Of a stretch of 64,000 bases of DNA, positions 40,216 through 49,558 are shown one piece after another. Within the stretch, counting starts at the first letter, position 1. Each line of letters begins with the position of its first letter. Source of the stretch: Chamaesiphon sp. Its GTDB lineage: Bacteria; Cyanobacteriota; Cyanobacteriia; Cyanobacteriales; Chamaesiphonaceae. The translations under genes and the position numbers were made by a program. The notes beneath the pieces are model-generated. The model had not been told where the DNA came from. It saw only the letters and a list, made by a program, of their open reading frames with translations, and made no database searches. Location: contig CBDFFH010000025.1 in assembly GCA_965246715.1 (NCBI GenBank), forward strand, positions 1-64,000, read 5' to 3'.

Positions 40216-41571
40216 TTATCGGTATTCTCGAAAATCATCAACCTGACGCTCCGGATCTGGGGCAAATGCCAGCCAGAGTGGATATTGTAAGATCGACAGG
40301 CTAATTTGTCCTTCCGAATTATCGATAATAATCAGTGGCATTTCTTTATTCGCGACGATGCGATCGGCTCTTTGCACGAGTGCTTCGGGATCTTCAAATA
40401 AAATAATTCCCCCATTGCCACCAAAATCGGGCTTAGAGAGTCCCAAACAATCTTGAAAGCCTCTGCGCCAGTCACCGAGACGCTCCGGTAGGTTGGCGAG
40501 GACGAGCGTGCGGAGATAGTCACCATAGAGTTCTCTAAGTGCCGATACCGCCGCTGCCGCTACCAAAATATTCTGGAGGCGACTGCCCATCGATCGTACT
40601 GCACCGCGCCCGTCTTTCGCAAAAAACCAGTCCGAAATTTTATCAGCGTGGACTGCTTCTAGCGTGCGGCGCAGTTGCCATGCTGGCGCGTAATAATCCG
40701 GAGCCGTGCGATAGCGATCGATCGAACTTTTTACCTTACTGGCGGTGGCTTTAAAGGCAGGTTCGGCAAATTGAGGTGTTTGGTTCCGAGGGGTAGCGGG
40801 AGCTGGCGTGGTGGTGCTCAGTGGAGTCTGAATGCGAATTTGAGCGGGGGGTGGTTGTGGAAATTCAATTTCTTCAGCGATGACGACTAAATCTTGCAAA
40901 CTACCCACGAGGTAATCTTTAAATCCTTGCAAGCGAATGGCGATATCTTGAGACGCACCCGCAAAACTTTTATCGATCTCTTGCTTGATGCGATCGCGAC
41001 GGCGTTCGAGTTGTTCGACGGAGATTTGTAATTTTTGGCGACGTTGCTCCAGATCGGCAATAGATGTTTGAACGATTTGCCCGAAACTTATCTGGGTATC
41101 GTCGATTTGTTTTTGGAGCTGTAATTTAGTTGTTTGCAGTCTAGCGATCTCTGCTTTGATCTCAGCTTCCGATCGCAACAGTAACTCGATTTTGGGATTG
41201 TTAGTATTGTCTGTTTCTAGCTCTGAGTCTAATTCTTGACCGATCTCATCGAGCAAAATACTCCAATTGTCTGTCATCGACGATCGATCTTCTGGCACAG
41301 CAGCTCTGTCTGTCGGGGTGGATGTCTCTGGCTGTGTTAACTCCAGGGTTACCGCTGATTCGATCGGCTCTGACGGTTGGGTTGGAGCGGAATCGACAAC
41401 TGCATCGCTTTCCCAAACATCACCGAGCGGCTCCGCTGTGGGTGAGACCTCTTCAACCACACTCACATCGATAATAATTTCCGGCGGCTGTGGGGATGTC
41501 TTGACATTTTGTTGGCGATCGGGATTTCCGTCAGGGTTCATAGATTTTGGCGTAGGGAGCGCTAAGGGCAT
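40216..41571 (-). CDS. DUF3086 family coiled-coil protein
   Basis: FAGASQDIAIRLQGFKDYLVGSLQDL, PDYYAPAWQLRRT, PERLGDWRRGFQDCLG. Confidence 0.85.
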   Translation of the reverse strand: MPLALPTPKSMNPDGNPDRQQNVKTSPQPPEIIIDVSVVEEVSPTAEPLGDVWESDAVVDSAPTQPSEPIESAVTLELTQPETSTPTDRAAVPEDRSSMTDNWSILLDEIGQELDSELETDNTNNPKIELLLRSEAEIKAEIARLQTTKLQLQKQIDDTQISFGQIVQTSIADLEQRRQKLQISVEQLERRRDRIKQEIDKSFAGASQDIAIRLQGFKDYLVGSLQDLVVIAEEIEFPQPPPAQIRIQTPLSTTTPAPATPRNQTPQFAEPAFKATASKVKSSIDRYRTAPDYYAPAWQLRRTLEAVHADKISDWFFAKDGRGAVRSMGSRLQNILVAAAAVSALRELYGDYLRTLVLANLPERLGDWRRGFQDCLGLSKPDFGGNGGIILFEDPEALVQRADRIVANKEMPLIIIDNSEGQISLSILQYPLWLAFAPDPERQVDDFREYR

Positions 41572-41598
41572 CGGTTATCGAGGGGGGTGCGAGCGCTG

Positions 41599-42015
41599 TT
41601 AGGAGTGCGTTGTCGATCGATCCCGTCCGGTGCGAGGAAAATAATGTTCGAGGCAAGTCCGTAGCAGCTGCGCGTCGAAGATAATCGGTAAAAAGTGGAT
41701 GCTATTGACTTCTTTAAAGTAAAACAAAATGGGTACGGGTTGCCAAAAAATCTCCCAATTTTCCCATTCACTGTAGGGAAATGTACGGATTAAGCTATTA
41801 CTGCGATAGACTTCTAGCGCGACGGTTGTAAATTTCAATCTAATTAAAACTGCTTGGATCGATAGAAATATCCCAAAGATTCCCAGTCCCAAACCTACCC
41901 AGGGTTGAATGATGGCAATAAAAATCGCGATCGCCACAATCGCGATCGGGATGCGATAACTGGGTTGAAGTTCGATTTCGGCAGGTAACTGAGTTGGTGC
42001 GGGGATACTTGTCAC
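41599..42015 (-). CDS. DUF3119 family membrane protein
   Basis: FPYSEWENWEIFW.PVPILFYFKEVNSIHFLPIIFD. Confidence 0.88.
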   Translation of the reverse strand: MTSIPAPTQLPAEIELQPSYRIPIAIVAIAIFIAIIQPWVGLGLGIFGIFLSIQAVLIRLKFTTVALEVYRSNSLIRTFPYSEWENWEIFWQPVPILFYFKEVNSIHFLPIIFDAQLLRTCLEHYFPRTGRDRSTTHS

Positions 42016-42516
42016 AGGCTTACAATTTCGATCGCTACAACTCCTCTATTTTAACAGCAGGAAGATCGATTATGAACGATCGCTAATGAATTATAAAATG
42101 GCTCTGGACATAGACTGTGGGTTGAAGTAACAATATCGAACTCGTAGCTTCATCTTTGGCAAATCCGTGTTAAATATTTTCAAAATCCGACACCTCCGTA
42201 ATTTCACTGATGCAAATCGCCCGACATCGCAACAGAAGCTAGCTAGACGCTATCCAAAGTTCCGTATTCATCGCGATCTCAAATCTGAGGTTACCCGAGC
42301 ATAATAGATGAAGTGAGTGGATGATTCACGATCTAAAGTTGAGTGAATGAGTGTTTAGAGGTAGGGTGAGATTGGTTCCGACTATGGCTACATCCAAAGC
42401 GATTGCTGAGATCGACCGATGTAGCGCTCGCCACCCTCGATCTCCAGCTATCCGGTGGTGTCTGAATGCTAAGATTGGTAGTAATCGACACTAAAACTAG
42501 TTAGCCATAAATAACA

Positions 42517-43023
42517 ATGAAGTTAAATTTTCGCCGGACGATCGCAGGTTGGTTATTGCCTGTATTAATTGTTGCGATCTCGTTTATCTCGATCGGTATT
42601 TGTCCCCGAGCAGCGATTGCTGATGATTTTACCAAAGCAACTTTAGGTAGTGTTGACTTCAGTGACAAAGATTTAACTAGTTTTGAGTTTACCCAAGCCA
42701 GTGTGCGCGGTGGCAAGTTTGTTAATGCAAATATGACGGGCGTGAGCCTGATCGGTGGCGATTTTGATTCGGCTGATTTCACTGGGGCAAATCTGACTAA
42801 TGCGGCGCTAGACACAACTCGGCTGACACGAGCAAATTTAACAAATACGATTTTTATCGGTGCTTTTGTCACGAACACTAATTTTGGTGGTGCAACTATC
42901 GACGGAGCAGATTTTACCGATGTATTGCTCCGCAAAGATGTTCAAAAGAAATTGTGTGCGATCGCTAAAGGCACCAATCCGAAAACTGGCAAATCTACTA
43001 GAGAATCATTAGACTGTCCATAA
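42517..43023 (+). CDS. Pentapeptide repeat protein, exported/lumenal type
   Basis: Signal peptide; A(D/N)(L/F)xx repeats; C-terminal LCAIAKGTNP...TRESLDC. Confidence 0.92.
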   Translation: MKLNFRRTIAGWLLPVLIVAISFISIGICPRAAIADDFTKATLGSVDFSDKDLTSFEFTQASVRGGKFVNANMTGVSLIGGDFDSADFTGANLTNAALDTTRLTRANLTNTIFIGAFVTNTNFGGATIDGADFTDVLLRKDVQKKLCAIAKGTNPKTGKSTRESLDCP

Positions 43024-43109
43024 TCGAGCGAGTCGGGCGGTACATTTATGAAAATAGCTCTCGAAACTTATTAATAATCTCTAAGAAAGACCTACAATTA
43101 TATATCCTA

Positions 43110-43131
43110 GATTAATTCGATCGAATTAATC
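43110..43131. promoter_or_regulatory. Perfect 22-bp palindrome upstream of the methylase
   Basis: GATTAATTCGATCGAATTAATC. Confidence 0.4.
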
Positions 43132-43185
43132 CTAAATAGCCTCGATCGTTATTTTTTGAGGTTTTATACTGCCGCAACTCAATCT

Positions 43186-43983
43186 ATGACTATCTCCCTG
43201 GTAACAAGTCCGCTCAAGCCGATCTTGAAATGGGCTGGAGGCAAGCGATGGTTGTTGCCTAGATTGCTAGAGCTATGGCAACCAAGTCGTGGATCTCGCT
43301 TAGTAGAGCCTTTTATGGGTAGCCTATCGGTAGCTCTAGGGCTACAGCCGCACCGCGCCCTACTTAACGATGTCAATCCGCATCTAACTAATTTTTATCG
43401 TCATCTACAGCAAGGATTGGAAGTGACGATCGAGATGGAAAACGATAGTATTCTTTATTATCAAATGCGATCGCGGTTCAATCAATTGACTCGCGATAAG
43501 CAAGAAGACACTAGCGAAGCAGCACAAATATTTTATTATCTAAATCGGACGGGATTTAATGGCTTGTGCCGATTTAATAATAGTGGCGAATTTAATGTGC
43601 CATTCGGACGATATAAAACTATTAATTATACAACCGATTTTAGTGCGTATCAAATTCCCTTACAAGCCTGGAAAATTACGTGTAATGATTTTGAGGAATT
43701 AACGCTAGAACCTGAAGATTTTATTTACGCCGATCCGCCTTATGATGTGCAATTTACTAAATACAGTAAGACTGATTTTACCTGGGAAGATCAATTGCGA
43801 TTGACTCAATGGCTAGCCCAGCATCCTGGAAAAGTTGTCTTATCTAACCAAGCAACCGATCGAATTGTTGATTTGTACAAAGAATCTGGGTTTACTATAA
43901 CAATAGTAGATGCACCACGGCGCATTTCTTGTAATGGCGATCGTCGCCCAGCCAAAGAAGTAATAGCATGTAAGGGGTTCTAG
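43186..43983 (+). CDS. Dam-family (D12 class) N6-adenine DNA methyltransferase
   Basis: LKWAGGK, VEPFMGS, LNRTGFNGLCRFN, DPPY motifs; ATG at 43186. Confidence 0.93.
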   Translation: MTISLVTSPLKPILKWAGGKRWLLPRLLELWQPSRGSRLVEPFMGSLSVALGLQPHRALLNDVNPHLTNFYRHLQQGLEVTIEMENDSILYYQMRSRFNQLTRDKQEDTSEAAQIFYYLNRTGFNGLCRFNNSGEFNVPFGRYKTINYTTDFSAYQIPLQAWKITCNDFEELTLEPEDFIYADPPYDVQFTKYSKTDFTWEDQLRLTQWLAQHPGKVVLSNQATDRIVDLYKESGFTITIVDAPRRISCNGDRRPAKEVIACKGF

Positions 43984-43987
43984 GTCA

Positions 43988-44431
43988 ATGTCTAAAATTG
44001 GTGTTAACACAGGCAAGATATTCGAGCAGCTTTTTGATACGGTTTTACCAACACAAGGTTATCGAATTCTGCCTAAAGATGAATATCAGTCATTCTTAGC
44101 ACCAACGATTAGTGGAGGAAAGCATTTGCCAGATCGAGTAATTGAAACTCCCGATCTCCGGTGGATTATTTTATCTAAGAAGTGGCAAGAAACATCAGGT
44201 ACGGCCGAACAAAAAGTCCCATTTGAAATAATAAAATTAATTGATGCTATTGCAAAAAGTAATGATAGATTCCCCTACGCTTACTTAATTATAGGCGGGG
44301 AGGGTTGGAATCCTAAGTTGAAAGAAGCTTATCTAAATGGAGATTTGAACAAGTATATTAATGGTACTGAATTAGTAAAAGTTGTTAATTCGGATCAATT
44401 TCTTACTTTAGTTAATCGTAAAAAGTTGTAG
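43988..44431 (+). CDS. Small PD-(D/E)XK nuclease, putative restriction endonuclease
   Basis: GKIFE...PD...SKKWQETSGTAEQK; 4 bp downstream of the methylase. Confidence 0.75.
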   Translation: MSKIGVNTGKIFEQLFDTVLPTQGYRILPKDEYQSFLAPTISGGKHLPDRVIETPDLRWIILSKKWQETSGTAEQKVPFEIIKLIDAIAKSNDRFPYAYLIIGGEGWNPKLKEAYLNGDLNKYINGTELVKVVNSDQFLTLVNRKKL

Positions 44432-44765
44432 AAATATATTTTTCAACCTCTAGTTAGTAGATAAAATAATAGAGCTTTACTAACTGAATCGATCGCTGGT
44501 AGTTCATGCTCAACAATTGCCGTTCCAATTGCTACAAAGTGAGTTAGCAGATCGCGAAATGGGCCAGCATTGGCAAAAATATTCTAAATTGACTGTCCGA
44601 CAACACTCAGATAGCGATCGACCGCTTGATTCGATCGCAAAATTAGCATAACTCTCGAATTGTTGTTTTGCATCATTCACAATGAATTTTAGCTCTCGTC
44701 CCAAGTGACAAGACTTACCAAAAATAACTATTCTCTATGTTCGCTATTCTTCAAATTAACCTAGC

Positions 44766-45233
44766 ATGTTAAAAGCGATCGCTATTAATAAATTGACTGC
44801 TATTTTTATTGTCTATGCTGGGTTGAGTTTAATTATTCATCTATGGTCGGCATTTACATCGATGGCGTGGATAATTTATATATTTACCCTAGCTCCATTT
44901 TATGGCTTTTGCTCGCTCTGGCTGGTCTCAATTATCCTCAATCGCTCGAAAACACAGTCGATCGTCATCAAATATCGAGTATGGCTATTGCTACCGATCG
45001 TGATGCTTCAAGCTTTAGTTATCCTGTGCAGTCCAGCTAGTTGTTACGGATGGCATCAGGGAGCTACTTGTTACTCTTTTATCCAAATGTATGCAGATAA
45101 GTTATTTGTGTTCGGAGAAATGTTAGACCGCCCACATTGGCAAATTGAATCGATGTTTATCCCTGTATTATTTATATACATGCTATCGATTATTTATTTT
45201 TGGCTGAAGTGTCAGAGTGAGAATGCTCGGTGA
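44766..45233 (+). CDS. Hypothetical membrane protein
   Basis: Four hydrophobic segments; CYGWHQGATCYSF loop. Confidence 0.7.
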   Translation: MLKAIAINKLTAIFIVYAGLSLIIHLWSAFTSMAWIIYIFTLAPFYGFCSLWLVSIILNRSKTQSIVIKYRVWLLLPIVMLQALVILCSPASCYGWHQGATCYSFIQMYADKLFVFGEMLDRPHWQIESMFIPVLFIYMLSIIYFWLKCQSENAR

Positions 45234-45239
45234 GTGAAA

Positions 45240-45650
45240 TCACTCTAAATATGTGTACTTAATTGTCTCGATGATTACACTATTCGCACCTGGAAATTCA
45301 TAATTATCGAGTTCGGCTACTTCCACCCACTTGACTTCATCACACTCGATCGGTTGGGGAATACCACTGAGATGCTGACAATTATGTACGATTAGGGTCA
45401 AGGAAAAATCTGGATAAGTATGGTCGATCGAAATCATATGCCCTCCTACAGCAATCTCGATCCCCAACTCTTCGCGAACCTCCCGGAGGATGCATTCCGC
45501 AACCGTTTCACCTGCTTCGATTTTACCGCCAGGAAACTCCCACAGCCCGCCCATCGAGCCACTCATCTTCCGCTTATCGATCAAAATTTGGGCGGATTCA
45601 TTCCAGATGACCGCGACACCGATTTGTTTGTGGGGTAAGATTGTAGTCAA
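45240..45650 (-). CDS. mutT: 8-oxo-dGTP diphosphatase (Nudix)
   Basis: WEFPGGKIEAGETVAECILREVREELGI Nudix box. Confidence 0.9.
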   Translation of the reverse strand: MTTILPHKQIGVAVIWNESAQILIDKRKMSGSMGGLWEFPGGKIEAGETVAECILREVREELGIEIAVGGHMISIDHTYPDFSLTLIVHNCQHLSGIPQPIECDEVKWVEVAELDNYEFPGANSVIIETIKYTYLE

Positions 45651-45715
45651 AATTTATCGTGGATAGTCGATCGTAAGTTATAACTTTGTCTGTTTGCGGC
45701 TGCTCATAGACCTAT

Positions 45716-45738
45716 AAAAAAGTCCGCTCGTGCGGACT
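45716..45738 (-). terminator. Terminator after the sigma factor gene
   Basis: AGTCCGCACGAGCGGACT hairpin followed by a T run on the minus strand. Confidence 0.55.
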
Positions 45739-45747
45739 AGATTGAGA

Positions 45748-46707
45748 CTATGAAGCTAAGTATTCGCCAATATCAGCTTTGCGTTTGCGGAGTTTAGCGA
45801 TTGCTTCGCGCTCGATTTGACGGACACGCTCGCGGCTGATATTGAGCAAATCGCCGATCTTGGCGAGTGTCAGCGGCTGAGTATCCTTCAATCCAAAGCG
45901 GAGTGTCAGTACTTGTTGCTGTTGAGGGGTTAATTCGGACATCATCCGCTCCAAGTCATTTTGCAGGGAAGAGTTAGTTACATATTCCTCTGGCGAGATC
46001 CCAGGATCTTCGAGCAGATCGCCCAACTCGGTGTCTTGATTGTCACCGACACGTAGATCTAGGGACAGCGGCTGACGCGCGCGTTCTAGATACTCACGGA
46101 CTTGTTTGGGAGTTAATTCTAGCTCGGCAGCTAGCTCATTAATCGTTGCCGCGCGGCCAAATTGTTGAGCCAGAGCGCGTTGTGCTTTCTTGATCTTGTT
46201 GAGCTTTTCAGTAATGTGGATCGGAAGTCGAATCGCCCGTGCCTTCTCCGCGATCGCACGGGTAATCGCTTGGCGAATCCACCAGTAAGCGTAGGTAGAG
46301 AAACGGTAGCCCTTGCTGGGGTCGAATTTTTCAACGCCACGTTGCATTCCGATCGTGCCTTCTTGAATCAGATCTAAGAGGTCGATATTGCGTTTGATGT
46401 ATTTCTTGGCGACAGAAACTACCAACCGCAGATTGGCTTCAACCATCCGTCGCTTGGCATTTTCGCCAGCAGAGATGATTTTTTGGAGTTGGATTGGATC
46501 GACATCGTTTGCAGCAGTCGCCCATTCAGTCAAACTTGGTTCGCGACCGAGTTCTTCTGTAAGAGTGTTTTTGACTGCTACTAAAGCAACCAACTGCTGT
46601 ACCTGCTTTCCATACAGGATTTCCTGTTCGTGAGTGAGCAGGGGCACACGCCCGATTTCACGGAGGTAGGTACGGACAGTATCGGTTGATGCTTGAGCAG
46701 TTTTCAT
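45748..46707 (-). CDS. sigD: Group 2 RNA polymerase sigma factor (SigD-like)
   Basis: [52 protein letters not shown]; no region 1.1; paralogue assignment less certain. Confidence 0.8.
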   Translation of the reverse strand: MKTAQASTDTVRTYLREIGRVPLLTHEQEILYGKQVQQLVALVAVKNTLTEELGREPSLTEWATAANDVDPIQLQKIISAGENAKRRMVEANLRLVVSVAKKYIKRNIDLLDLIQEGTIGMQRGVEKFDPSKGYRFSTYAYWWIRQAITRAIAEKARAIRLPIHITEKLNKIKKAQRALAQQFGRAATINELAAELELTPKQVREYLERARQPLSLDLRVGDNQDTELGDLLEDPGISPEEYVTNSSLQNDLERMMSELTPQQQQVLTLRFGLKDTQPLTLAKIGDLLNISRERVRQIEREAIAKLRKRKADIGEYLAS

Positions 46708-47108
46708 GACTCTGGCTAAAATGTAGGGGTAATTTAGATGCAAAATCTCGTTCGAGCAGCGTCTCCAATGCAGGATCGCAGAAATTACTCTACTAAATAC
46801 AGTCGATCGCCGATCTGCGATGACTGTTGCATTGGGGCGATCGACAGTGCTTAGTTCTTAAGTTTGTCTATGACGTTTATTCTAATAATCTTAACATTTC
46901 TAAACATTCACTGACTATATTTTTCGATCCTCAGCCAATTGGCTGAGAGTAAGGATTCTGATAGTATTGAGATTGTACCAGATCGGTATTTACACCCACA
47001 TCGGTACAAATAACCGCACAAATTGATGAGGGTTTACTTGCATAATAGTTAAAATTTATTTACACAGCCGCGATCTACAACACAATTTAGGAGCTATTCT
47101 TGGAATCT

Positions 47109-47708
47109 ATGCAGACACTTTGGCTGGTTCGTCACGCCCACAGATTGGACTTTATCGAGCCAGACTGGTTTGAAACTGCAATTTATCCATACGATCCGCC
47201 ACTTTCAGTGGCGGGAGTCGAGCGATCGATTGCTTTGGCTCATGAATTGAGTCGAGCGCCAATCGAGGCAATCTTCACCTCTCCGTTCCTGCGGACGATC
47301 CAGACGGTAGATCCCTTAGCTCGCATACTTGGGTTACCCATTCGGTTGGAATGGGGCTTATGTGAATGGTTATGTCGTGACTGGACACCAGCATTGCCGA
47401 AAACTATGGCGATCGATGAATTAAAACTGGACTATCCAAACATCGATCTCACTTATCAATCTCTAGTTGTACCTTGCTACCCTGAAACTCCTGAGGAACT
47501 AGATGCACGTTTAATTATTATAGCAGATAAATTAGTACAAAACAATTGTCAAAATATTTTGGCGATCGCTCATAAAGGTTCTGTACTGGGGATTGTAGCC
47601 GCTTTGACTGGTGACGCTCGCTGGCGGGCTTACGATCTTGCTTGTGGTGAGGTAATTAAATTAGTTCGGTTGGAAAATAAATGGCATTCAGATATCGTCG
47701 ATCGGTAA
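47109..47708 (+). CDS. Histidine phosphatase family protein
   Basis: LVRHAHR, SPFLRTIQT, AHKG motifs. Confidence 0.85.
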   Translation: MQTLWLVRHAHRLDFIEPDWFETAIYPYDPPLSVAGVERSIALAHELSRAPIEAIFTSPFLRTIQTVDPLARILGLPIRLEWGLCEWLCRDWTPALPKTMAIDELKLDYPNIDLTYQSLVVPCYPETPEELDARLIIIADKLVQNNCQNILAIAHKGSVLGIVAALTGDARWRAYDLACGEVIKLVRLENKWHSDIVDR

Positions 47709-48278
47709 TCCGTGGCGGAGTGCAGATAATCTTGCCTGTGCTTTAGGATCCAGTGAGTTAAACAGGAAACGTCCTGATGATTGCTTTTGCGGACGATGCC
47801 GTCGCTGCGATCGTTTGGCACTAAAATCGACATCCGAAATCAGTTGGAGCGAGGAGATCCATTCAGCCCCAAACCCGATCGCTGTCAGTTGTTGAGCGCG
47901 ATCGGATGTAGCAACGATCAGTCTCGAAGCTGAATAGTTTAAGTCATGGCGAAAGGCAGCACAGAACTTTTCGATATATGTATCGGCAGTTTCGAGGAAG
48001 TCAGTGTAGTGAACCGATAAGTTCGGAGTAACTGCTTCGCAGTAGGCTGGTAAGTCTCGACTATAGGCATCAAAGACCACCTTAGTCTCATAATCTTCAA
48101 AGGCGCTAAAGTTAATCAGCGCTTCGATTAGTGCCGATCGAGCTGATTCTAATTCTTCGGCGGAACTGGACTGAAGTGGGTTGCGTTTCTTGTGAGCGCG
48201 ATCGTGTAAGTCTGTCCAGGCTCCAATCACGTTGTAGCCGTCAACGAGCAACACTGCTTGTTTACGTGAGGGAGGCAT
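47688..48278 (-). CDS. NYN-domain RNase (YacP/Rae1-like)
   Basis: LLVDGYNVIG, VVFDA, TADTYIE, VATSD motifs. Confidence 0.9.
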   Translation of the reverse strand: MPPSRKQAVLLVDGYNVIGAWTDLHDRAHKKRNPLQSSSAEELESARSALIEALINFSAFEDYETKVVFDAYSRDLPAYCEAVTPNLSVHYTDFLETADTYIEKFCAAFRHDLNYSASRLIVATSDRAQQLTAIGFGAEWISSLQLISDVDFSAKRSQRRHRPQKQSSGRFLFNSLDPKAQARLSALRHGLPIDDI

Positions 48279-48557
48279 GATTTAACTCACAAGTTTCTTA
48301 ACAAAATTTGATATTATTCACCTTTAGCTTAACAAATTGTGAGTAAAGTTGGTAGGGTCAGGGATAAAGGGCAAAGGGTAATCGAACCTGAGTTTGGGAT
48401 AAGAGGAGCCTGGAGACTGAAGTCTCGATCGAGCAAACCCCATCATCTTTCGTTCGCGGAGCGTCCAATTGGCGGAATCGAGTATTCAATTTCAGCAGAT
48501 CGATCGTCACTACAACGATCGATTAAAATTTAATTTAAGTATCGAGAAAATGAGCTT

Positions 48558-48692
48558 GTGAAGAAAACGCCAGTCGATCTGTATCGCATGGGAAATGCGA
48601 TCTCTTCTAGAATGGATAATATCCGATCCAAGGATATCGATATGTATGAAGCTGAGGGGAAGATGTGGGTAGCTGCAAACTCAGGAGGCATT
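48558..48692 (+). pseudogene. 5' fragment of a small gene (resembles Tse2-like ADP-ribosyltransferase toxins) cut by an IS
   Basis: MKKTPVDLYRMGN...WVAANSGGI, interrupted exactly at the IS end. Confidence 0.5.
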
Positions 48693-49520
48693 TATAGAAT
48701 CCATTTGAGATCTTTTAAGCGATCGGGTAGAATCGATTAAAAAATGATTATGGAAATCATTGATTATGGGAGCCGAGCTATCCGATCGATATTCTTCTGT
48801 CCAGCGATCGCTTGTGTCGATAGTATCAGCATTTTGCAATTCTGCCAAAAGACGAGCCGCGATCGCATCGTAACGACTCAATAAAAGCTGGTAAAGCAGG
48901 AGGTTGCCAAAAGAGCAAAAATCTGGTTTAACAAAGAGATGAGCAGAAACAGCGATACTAGTCCAGCCAAAGCAAACACACCAGAGTCGGAGGTCGAAGG
49001 TTTGCGGCGACTAGTGGAGGAACAGCGAAAACTCATAGAAAAACTGGCGTTGCTGAATATGGGTATGATTTGTTGTCGGGGTACCCACAAGGGGCACCCC
49101 GACAAAAATTGTTTGTGCGTTTCATACATTAATTCAGCAACGCCGAAAAACTATTCAAGCAACTGGAAAATCCGAAAGAAAGAATCGAACAGCTAGAAGC
49201 AGAATTGAGGGCAAAAAAGAAACTAAAAGGAAAGCCCAGACTAATTGCCAGTCTGTTGAACCAGCCCGAACAGAAAGAGCCAAATTCAGAAAAAAGAGCA
49301 GCTTGGGCCAAAAATAGTAAAAAATCTAACTTTGAGATCGACGAAGAAATATCCATCCAGCCCGACAGCATACCCCCCAAAGCGAAATTCAATGGCTATC
49401 GAAACTATGATGTACAAGAGCTAATAATCAAGCGGCATAACATCCGATTTCAGCTAGCAGAATACATCACAGAAGAGGGGAAAACAATAGTAGGAGAGCT
49501 ACCGACAGAATATCAAGGAA
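48693..49520 (+). mobile_element. Truncated IS with transposase remnant (48939-49519), itself hit by a MITE
   Basis: Left end TATAGAATCCATTTGAGATCTTTTAAGCGATCGGGTAGAATCG shared with the MITE at 39895. ORFs 48939 and 49205 join in frame once the MITE is removed (coiled coil, then GYRNYDVQEL, IS66-like N-terminus). No right end. Confidence 0.7.
49046..49144. mobile_element. 99-bp MITE with 8-bp target duplication
   Basis: Inverted repeats GGCGTTGCTGAAT / ATTCAGCAACGCC; GAAAAACT at 49038-49045 and 49145-49152; internal TGTCGGGGTACCCACAAGGGGCACCCCGACA hairpin. Confidence 0.9.
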
Positions 49521-49558
49521 TAGTTGGAGTAGTAATAGTCTATGGCTAACAGCTCAAA

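Noticed and set aside
42016..42516. 500-bp intergenic region as ncRNA or riboswitch
   Set aside because: No recognisable RNA motif or strong structure by eye; an Rfam covariance search would be needed.
42501..42935. 144-aa minus-strand ORF
   Set aside because: Antisense shadow of the pentapeptide repeat gene.
44510..44704. 64-aa ORF downstream of the nuclease
   Set aside because: TTG start, no RBS or motif; cannot be supported as a gene.
46708..47108. NtcA or other regulator boxes upstream of the sigma factor
   Set aside because: No exact GTA-N8-TAC found; near matches have the wrong spacing.
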